Assembly: GCA_963836205.1 (NCBI GenBank)
Contig: CAWIIV010000001.1
Span: 1 to 54,121 of the forward strand
DNA: 54,121 nt
From: an uncultured Acidimicrobiia bacterium
GTDB lineage: Bacteria > Actinomycetota > Acidimicrobiia > Acidimicrobiales > AC-14
Direction: 5' to 3'
Shown here: one piece after another, positions 48,012 to 54,121 of the stretch
How the letters are laid out: each line of letters starts with the position of its first letter
Position numbering within the stretch: position 1 is the stretch's first letter
Position numbers and translations under genes: made by a program
Notes under the pieces: generated by a model
Seen by the model: only the letters and a program-made list of their open reading frames with translations
Databases searched by the model: none
Told to the model about the DNA's origin: nothing

Positions 48012-48064
48012 CGGTCTTGGGTCGGAAAAGGGGCGCCAGGCACCCCTTTTTTGACCCAAGACCG
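48012..48064. repeat. Dispersed palindromic repeat, copy 2; probable bidirectional terminator
   Basis: CGGTCTTGGGTC / GACCCAAGACCG outer stem and AAAAGGGG / CCCCTTTT inner stem, between convergent genes. Confidence 0.75.
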
Positions 48065-48079
48065 TTCTGCGGACCTCGA

Positions 48080-48601
48080 TCAGGCCACCTTCACCACGTG
48101 CCAGACGGTCCCGACGCCGTCGCCCTTGGCATCACCCGGGGCGGCGTCGGTTGCGTAGTGGTAGAGGGGCTTGCCGTCGAGGGTGAGCTGGTTGCCCCCG
48201 CCGTCGGGCCGGGGTGAGGAGGCCAGGGTCCCGGCGACGCCGTCGGCCGTCGGCGTGGTGCCGTCGGGCACCAACACGGCCGGCCATGTGCCCGCACATC
48301 CGCCGGTACATCCACTGGTCGAGGTCGTGTCCCGGTCCCACGTGTAGACCGTGAGGCCGGCGCCGTCGACCACGATCTTGCCGAGCGTGGCGTGGTCGGC
48401 GGTCTTGAGCAGGGCGGCCGTCGACGCCGCCGGAGCCGCAGTTGTGGTCACCGCCGGGGCGACAGTGGTGGTCACGGCCGGGGCAGTGGTCGTCGCCGAA
48501 CTCACCGTGGGCTCGTCGTCGTCACCACAACCGGCCAACCCCAGTGTCAACCCCAAGGCCACCACCACCAGCGCCGCCCGCTTCCCGCATTGCTTCGCCA
48601 T
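48080..48601 (-). CDS. Lipoprotein with Lipoprotein_15 (COG4315-type) repeats
   Basis: Lipobox LAGC, Thr/Ala linker, GLTVYTWD.D...S.C.G.CA..WP, QLT.DGKPLY.Y..D..PGD..G.G....W. Confidence 0.85.
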   Translation of the reverse strand: MAKQCGKRAALVVVALGLTLGLAGCGDDDEPTVSSATTTAPAVTTTVAPAVTTTAAPAASTAALLKTADHATLGKIVVDGAGLTVYTWDRDTTSTSGCTGGCAGTWPAVLVPDGTTPTADGVAGTLASSPRPDGGGNQLTLDGKPLYHYATDAAPGDAKGDGVGTVWHVVKVA

Positions 48602-48687
48602 GTTCCCGCAGGCTCCTCTCGTCCGGTCTCTACGTTCCATACGGGCGGGGCGTGAAAAAGGCTTCAACCTTCGGATTGGGGTCCGGA

Positions 48688-49716
48688 TCAGAACTCCTTG
48701 TCGGCTGATCCAGTCTCGGAGACGCTGGCGAAGGAGAGCACGTTGCCGGCTGCGTCGAACGCGGCGACCGAGGGCGCCCAGTTCATGGTGCCGTTGCCGC
48801 CGGCCGTATCGGCAGCAGCGCTCGCCGTCCCGAGCGTGATGGTGATGGTGGAGCTCGACTGGATCATGGTCGACGCCGTACCCGTGGCCCCGAAGGTGAT
48901 CGTGGGCCTGGTCCCGATGAACGTCCCCCCGTGGTAGTCGCTGCGGTCCAGGTCGACGGTGCCAAGTGAGAGCTGGACGGAGTTCGCCGCGTTCCACACC
49001 GAAACGCTGTCGTCGGCGCAGATGAGGATGGTCAGGCAGCCACCGTCGATCAGGCGCACCACCATGCCGGTGGACGCCCCGGTCCAGCCGGCGAGGATGG
49101 ACTCGGGGTCGATCCGCTCGCTGAAGGTGAAGACGATGGTGTCCCCGACCACCGCCCGGCCCGCCGTTCCCCCCGCGTTCGTGGTCTGGACGTCCGAGGC
49201 GAAGGGGACCACATTGTCGACCGAGACCGTGTACCCGGTCTGGGTTCGGCTGTTTCCGGCGTTGTCCTGCGAGCTGATCGAGTACAGCTTGGTCCCCGAG
49301 AGGGGGGTCTTGGCCGACAGCGACCCACTCCGGTGGGTGTAGGTCACTCCACCAACCGAGTAGGAGCCGGCCACGAGAGGAACGGGTGAGCCGGTCGTCG
49401 TGATCGCGGTTGCATCGGCGGTCTCGCCGGCGACGGCCACGCCGCTGGCCGGACTCCCGGTGTCGGTCACATTCGCATAGATGTAATAGGCGCCGCCCTG
49501 CTTGATCGACCCGGCGAGGTACCCCACGGTCTTGGCGACGGTTGTCGAGCCGACCTGGGGCGCGACCCAGTCAGGCGCGCCGCCGAAGGTGCTGCTGGCG
49601 AGGACGGTGTTGTCGGCGAACGAGGCCCGCGCGGCCCGTACGCCGACGATCGACGAGGCCAGCAGCAGGGCGGACATGAGCCCGATTGACGGCCACGCCC
49701 TCCGTCGCGATCTCAT
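48688..49716 (-). CDS. Secreted beta-rich protein, probable SipW substrate (accessory fibre subunit)
   Basis: Signal peptide ending ARASFAD...SSTF (SipW-like), T/G/S-rich Ig-like segments; follows sipW. Confidence 0.7.
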   Translation of the reverse strand: MRSRRRAWPSIGLMSALLLASSIVGVRAARASFADNTVLASSTFGGAPDWVAPQVGSTTVAKTVGYLAGSIKQGGAYYIYANVTDTGSPASGVAVAGETADATAITTTGSPVPLVAGSYSVGGVTYTHRSGSLSAKTPLSGTKLYSISSQDNAGNSRTQTGYTVSVDNVVPFASDVQTTNAGGTAGRAVVGDTIVFTFSERIDPESILAGWTGASTGMVVRLIDGGCLTILICADDSVSVWNAANSVQLSLGTVDLDRSDYHGGTFIGTRPTITFGATGTASTMIQSSSTITITLGTASAAADTAGGNGTMNWAPSVAAFDAAGNVLSFASVSETGSADKEF

Positions 49717-49717
49717 C

Positions 49718-50317
49718 TCAGCGGGAGCGTGGCCGCCGACCCGTCGCCCGGCAGACGAAGGCGGTCGCGATGCAGCCCAGCAGGAACCCGCCGGGGGCTG
49801 TGGCCAACCAGGCGAGCGCCCGGCCGACCATGGGCACCTGCCAGGACAGCCGGTAGGCGTGATCGATGGTCACAGGGACGGGGTCAGGGTCGTCGTTGGC
49901 GTCTCCCTTCAGCGTGAGCTCGGCTGTCGCTCCCCGAAGCTCGATGCCGATGACACGGTGGATCACGCGGGTGTGATCCGGGCGCTCGACGGCGAGGATG
50001 TCGTCGACCTTGATCTCCGAGGCGTCGATCCGTTTGACGAGGACCATCGATCCGGTGGCGATGGTGGGCTCCATCGAGCCCGAGCGAACGACCAGGGGCC
50101 GCATGCCGGTCCGGGCGGCCGTCACGGTGATGCCGGCCACGGCGACGCCGAAGATGGCGCCAAGGGTGAGGGCCACCTGAGCGATGAAGGCGATGATCCG
50201 CCTGGGACAGTTGCCTCGGGCGGGGGACAGAGAGTGTTGGGCAGGCACCGCGGGAGCCTGCCCAGCTGTGTCGTCAGCGGTGCTCGCCTTGGACAGGGTG
50301 ATCTGGAACGGGCTCAT
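49718..50317 (-). CDS. sipW: Signal peptidase I, ER type (SipW)
   Basis: VVRSGSMEPTI..G, VIHRV, LKGDAN..PD (Ser/His type), with flanking transmembrane helices. Confidence 0.9.
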   Translation of the reverse strand: MSPFQITLSKASTADDTAGQAPAVPAQHSLSPARGNCPRRIIAFIAQVALTLGAIFGVAVAGITVTAARTGMRPLVVRSGSMEPTIATGSMVLVKRIDASEIKVDDILAVERPDHTRVIHRVIGIELRGATAELTLKGDANDDPDPVPVTIDHAYRLSWQVPMVGRALAWLATAPGGFLLGCIATAFVCRATGRRPRSR

Positions 50318-50341
50318 CGGTATCCCCCTCTCCCGGTCGAA

Positions 50342-50375
50342 CCTCTGCCGCCGAGCGTGAGCCCGGCGGCAGAGG
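50342..50375. terminator. Stem-loop between tasA-like gene and sipW
   Basis: Perfect 12-bp inverted repeat CCTCTGCCGCCG / CGGCGGCAGAGG with no U-tract. Confidence 0.6.
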
Positions 50376-50383
50376 CGATTGGG

Positions 50384-50415
50384 CTTAGGACTGGGTGGCC
50401 TTAGGACTGGGTGGC
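50384..50415. repeat. 16-bp tandem duplication at the tasA-like 3' end
   Basis: CTTAGGACTGGGTGGC occurs twice exactly. Confidence 0.9.
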
Positions 50416-50955
50416 GCTGAACGTGAACGTGGCGGTCGTGGTTGCCGCCTGGAAGGAGTCTCCCGACCCGGAAGGCAACTCGACCCTGAAGCACGCAACC
50501 TCGTTGGTGCTGGCGGCGAGCGCCCGGCTGGCGATGGCCCCTGCGCTCAGTGCACCACTGGCCGTCAACGTGTCGACGGAGGCGCCGTAGCCGACACCGG
50601 CGGCGTCGCAGGTCGCGGCGTCGGCGACCTTCCGGATGCCGAGCGTCAACTGGTCACGAAGCGCCTTTGAGTCGGCGTTGGTGGCCGTCGTCGTCATGCT
50701 GTAGGTGAAGGCCAGGGTCCCCGCGTTGGCGATCGTGAGCGGGGCGTACTTGACGTCGCCCGGCTTCATGTTCGACATCTCGATCGACGTAAAGGCGTAG
50801 GCATCGTCCGCGTCGGCGTTGATGAGCAGGTCGACGGTGCCCGCGGTGAAGGTGGAATCAGCCGTACCACTATCGGTGAAGGTGGCGAAGGTCCCCGCCC
50901 AGATGACCGCCGAGAGAGCACCGCCGCAGAGCAGCACGCGTGCCTTGGTAAGCAT
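50401..50955 (-). CDS. tasA: TasA/CalY (camelysin-like) family protein
   Basis: SipW-type signal GTFATFTDS.....FTAGTVDL, NMKPGD, I.NAGTL, FQ......FTFSATQ. Confidence 0.85.
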   Translation of the reverse strand: MLTKARVLLCGGALSAVIWAGTFATFTDSGTADSTFTAGTVDLLINADADDAYAFTSIEMSNMKPGDVKYAPLTIANAGTLAFTYSMTTTATNADSKALRDQLTLGIRKVADAATCDAAGVGYGASVDTLTASGALSAGAIASRALAASTNEVACFRVELPSGSGDSFQAATTTATFTFSATQS

Positions 50956-51367
50956 GGGATGTTCCTTCCGTTCGTGATTCGTAGGGCGATCGTCGACGGC
51001 TGATTGGTCGAGGTTTAGCCAAAGGGGTCGTACGGCCTATCGGCCTTTCCGACCGTTGTTCGTTTGTTGATTTTAGAAGGGATCGACACGCGGTCTGCGG
51101 TCAGGATACGGCGCCGGATGACCGGACATGGCCCGTAGTCATGCCATTGCTCTTCCGCGTCGCCCGCACTGAACTCAGAGCGAAGTTTGAGCCAGACGTG
51201 GGCGTTCAGGCCCTCGTTTCCAGGCCGTTGATCGTCTGTTGCTTTTGGGGGGCCGGCCGCGGGGGCTTGCGCTCCCCCAAGCGGGGCGGACGACGGGCCC
51301 ATCACCCGTTTCCGGCAGTTGCTCTCCGTGGCCTCGCCATCCGGTCAGCGAGACCTACGCTCCGTTC

Positions 51368-52375
51368 GTGCGTCGCGTGATGGCCGTGGTGGGGGCGGTG
51401 GCGATGGTGGTGGGCGCCCTTGTCGTCCGGGGGCGGCTCGACGACCGGCAGGTTGAGGAGGGGCAGGTCTACCGCCTGGTGTGCGCGTCCGACCTCGGCC
51501 AGGTGTGCGAGGACCTCGACACCTCCTTCCCGGGGCGGGTCGACGTCACCATCGAACCGGCCGGCACCACCGCCGACCGGCTCCGTCGGCTCGACGGCGA
51601 TCCCGAGGTCGACGGGTGGCTCGTCGTCGACCCGTGGCCGGCCTTGGTCGACGAGGCCCGGCGGGCGGCCTCGCTTCCCCCGATCTTCGCCGCCGGCCCA
51701 CCGCCCGTCGCCCGGTCGCCGCTCATGATCGTGGCCTGGAAGGACCGGGCCGACGCCCTCGCCCCGACCTGCCCGACCGCAGGCACCATCGAGTGGAGGT
51801 GCGTGGGCGAGGCGGCGGGCCAGCCGTGGAAGGGCAGGAACGGCCAGGAGGTGTGGGGCGACGTCAAGGTCGGCCACGCCGATCCGGCGGCGGACGGCAC
51901 CGGCCTGCTCGTGCTCGGCCAGGCCACCGTCGACTGGTTCGGCGGCCGCACCGACCTGTCGACGTTCGACCTGGACGACGACGGCTACCAGCGGTGGCTC
52001 TCGGGCCTCGAGCGGCCGATGCCCCCCTCGCCGAGGTCCCCCCTCGACCGGATGCTGCAGATCGGGCGGGCCGCCTACGACTTCGTGGGGACGACCGAGG
52101 CCGAGGCGGTCAAAGTCGACAGCGCCGCCAGTCGCGACGCCCTCACGAAGATCTACCCTTCGTCCATGGCGACCGCCGACGTGGTGCTGGCCCTCACTCC
52201 TGGCAGCCGGGGCGACCGCCTGGGAGACATCGTCGGCGACCGGGCCCGGGAGGGCCTGACCGACACCGGATGGAAGGCGCCCGACGCGGCCGGCCTGCCC
52301 CCCGCCAACGGACTGCCCTCGCCCGGACTGCTCGACGCCCTCCGGGCCAAGGCCAGGGAGGTCACCGGCCGATGA
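51368..52375 (+). CDS. Membrane-anchored solute-binding-like protein
   Basis: N-terminal TM, VARSPLMIV, WGDVKVGHADP, IYP.....ADV, LPSPGLLDAL; paralogous to the N-terminal domain of the next gene. Confidence 0.7.
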   Translation: MRRVMAVVGAVAMVVGALVVRGRLDDRQVEEGQVYRLVCASDLGQVCEDLDTSFPGRVDVTIEPAGTTADRLRRLDGDPEVDGWLVVDPWPALVDEARRAASLPPIFAAGPPPVARSPLMIVAWKDRADALAPTCPTAGTIEWRCVGEAAGQPWKGRNGQEVWGDVKVGHADPAADGTGLLVLGQATVDWFGGRTDLSTFDLDDDGYQRWLSGLERPMPPSPRSPLDRMLQIGRAAYDFVGTTEAEAVKVDSAASRDALTKIYPSSMATADVVLALTPGSRGDRLGDIVGDRAREGLTDTGWKAPDAAGLPPANGLPSPGLLDALRAKAREVTGR

Positions 52376-54121
52376 CGCAGGTGAAAAGGACGGTGGTCGT
52401 CGTCCTCGTCCTCGCCCTGATGGCGACCGCCTGCTCCACCAGCGACGGGTCGGGCGGCGGCCCCGGTGGGACGGGGCTCCAGTCCATCCCCAAGGGGTGC
52501 ACCGCGGTCGACATGGCCGTGTCCCCCGAGAAGGTCGACCTGCTCACCGACCTGGCCCGGACGTTCAACTCGTCGGACGAGGCCAAGCCCGGCGGGCGGT
52601 GCGTGTTCGTGCGGGTGCAGCGCAAGTCGTCGGGCGTGGGGATGTCGCTCCTGGTCGACGGATGGCGCGACCAGGCCACCGACGGGCCCCAGCCGGTGAT
52701 CTGGTCGCCGGCCTCGGCCGCGTGGGGGGCGATCCTCAACTACCGCCTCACCACCGCCAGCCAGCCGGCCATGGCCCCCACCGACGCCAAGCCGTTCATG
52801 CTCACCCCGCTCGTGATCGCCATGCCCCGTCCCATGGCCGAGGCCATCGGCTGGCCCACCGCCGCCATCGGCTTCGCCGACATCCTCGCCCTGGCCCAGG
52901 ACCCGGCCGGGTGGGGCGGCAAGGGCCACCCCGAGTGGGGACCGTTCCGCCTGGCCAAGACCAACCCCAACTTCTCCACCAGCGGGCTGTCGGCCACCAT
53001 CGCCCAGTACTACGCCGCCACCGGCAAGACCCGCGACCTCACCGCCGAGGACCTGGCCCGGCCCGAGGTCGACGCCTTCGCCCGGGGGGTCGAGAACGCG
53101 GTCGTCCACTACGGCGACATCACGCCCACGTTCCTCAACAACTGGTACCGCAACGACGCCCGGGGCACGTCCCTCACCTACACGTCGGCCCTGGCCGTCG
53201 AGGAGAAGTCGGTGATCGACTACAACCTCGGCAACCCCGACGGGATCACCGACCCCGGCGAACGGCCCCGCCCGCCCAAGATCCCCCTCGTCGCCATCTA
53301 CCCCAAGGAGGGGACGCTCTTCTCCGACAACCCCTTCTTCGTCCTCGACGCCCCGTGGGTCGACGACCGGGAAAGGGAGGGGGCCCGGGCCTTCGAGCGC
53401 TACGTGCAGACCCCGGAGAACCAGCGCCGGGTGGTGCAGTTCGGCTTCCGCCCGGGCAACCCGGCAGTGGCGGTGGGCAGCCCCATCGACCGGTCGAACG
53501 GGCTCGACCCCGACCAGCCCCAGAACATCCTCCAGCTGCCGGAGCCGGCGGTGCTGGCCCGGGTGCTGGAGCTGTGGGGCCAGCAGCGGCGCAGCGCCCG
53601 GGTGATGCTGGTGATCGACGTGTCGGGGTCGATGGGCGACCCGGCCGGCGACGACGAGGGCACCACCAAGCTCGAGCTGGCCAAACAGGCGGCGGTGGCC
53701 GCCCTGTCGCAGTTCAAGGACGACGACGACGTCGCCCTGCGCATCTTCTCCACCGACATCGCGCCGGCCGAGCCCACCGACTACGTCGACCTCGTCCCCT
53801 TCGGCCCCATCGGGGCGCAACGGGAGCAGATCGCGTCCAAGATCCGCAGCCTGGTCCCCACGCAGGGCACCCCGCTCTACACCGTGGCCCGGGCCTCGTT
53901 CGAGGACGTCCGGGAGTCGTACGACCCGGCCAAGATCAACGCCGTCGTCCTGCTCACCGACGGTCGCAACGAGGACCCCCGCAACCGCGACGTGGAGACG
54001 CTGCTGGCCGATCTGCGGGCGGGGAGCGAGGGCCAGTCGAGTCGGCCGGTGCGGATCTTCCCGATCGCCTACGGAGAGGACGCCGACCTGGCCGTCCTCA
54101 AGCGCATCGCCGACGCAACCA
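52372..54121 (+). CDS. Lipoprotein with solute-binding domain + vWA domain (3' end beyond window)
   Basis: Not in the ORF track because it has no stop. MTQVKRTVVVVLVLALMATAC lipobox, SPEK, TPLVIAMP, KTNPNFSTSG, YPKEGT..SDNP, MIDAS DVSGSMG, GTPLY, VLLTDG. Confidence 0.9.
   Translation, partial: MTQVKRTVVVVLVLALMATACSTSDGSGGGPGGTGLQSIPKGCTAVDMAVSPEKVDLLTDLARTFNSSDEAKPGGRCVFVRVQRKSSGVGMSLLVDGWRDQATDGPQPVIWSPASAAWGAILNYRLTTASQPAMAPTDAKPFMLTPLVIAMPRPMAEAIGWPTAAIGFADILALAQDPAGWGGKGHPEWGPFRLAKTNPNFSTSGLSATIAQYYAATGKTRDLTAEDLARPEVDAFARGVENAVVHYGDITPTFLNNWYRNDARGTSLTYTSALAVEEKSVIDYNLGNPDGITDPGERPRPPKIPLVAIYPKEGTLFSDNPFFVLDAPWVDDREREGARAFERYVQTPENQRRVVQFGFRPGNPAVAVGSPIDRSNGLDPDQPQNILQLPEPAVLARVLELWGQQRRSARVMLVIDVSGSMGDPAGDDEGTTKLELAKQAAVAALSQFKDDDDVALRIFSTDIAPAEPTDYVDLVPFGPIGAQREQIASKIRSLVPTQGTPLYTVARASFEDVRESYDPAKINAVVLLTDGRNEDPRNRDVETLLADLRAGSEGQSSRPVRIFPIAYGEDADLAVLKRIADAT

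Noticed and set aside
50956-51090. Possible c-di-GMP riboswitch upstream of the tasA-like gene
   Set aside because: A GAAA-containing hairpin and GGCTAAAC are present, but the GGCAAA and GACGCAAAG core elements are not. An Infernal/Rfam scan would be needed.
51015-51380. Small ORFs between tasA and the solute-binding gene
   Set aside because: No motifs or convincing start signals; more likely a divergent promoter region.

Overview
A 54-kb high-GC actinobacterial chromosomal segment, probably Acidimicrobiia-like (an inference). The housekeeping backbone is proA - MoxR AAA - vWA ... nadD - rsfS - CP-ATP-grasp/alpha-E/transglutaminase ... tRNA-Ala(GGC) ... XPB helicase pair - leuS, plus class II DAHP synthase, map and YbaK. 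Accessory modules sit within it: (i) a GntR + BMP-ABC + biuret hydrolase (BiuH-like) + amidase operon that also encodes a BiuH paralog lacking all three catalytic residues and two doubly coupled micro-ORFs; (ii) a RecQ-PRTase/DprA pair of the RqlH/RqlI type; (iii) a tasA-sipW-accessory fibre locus; (iv) a SARP/STAND regulator; (v) secreted and lipoprotein pairs and a solute-binding/vWA module; (vi) the first 16 codons of an Hcp-like gene at the left edge. Two nitrogen-related operons share a GlnR-like box array 10 nt upstream of a -10 element. Five genes carry single-base frameshifts in G/C runs, most likely assembly errors. No CRISPR array, rRNA, integrase or transposase was seen. All calls come from motif recognition; no database searches were run.
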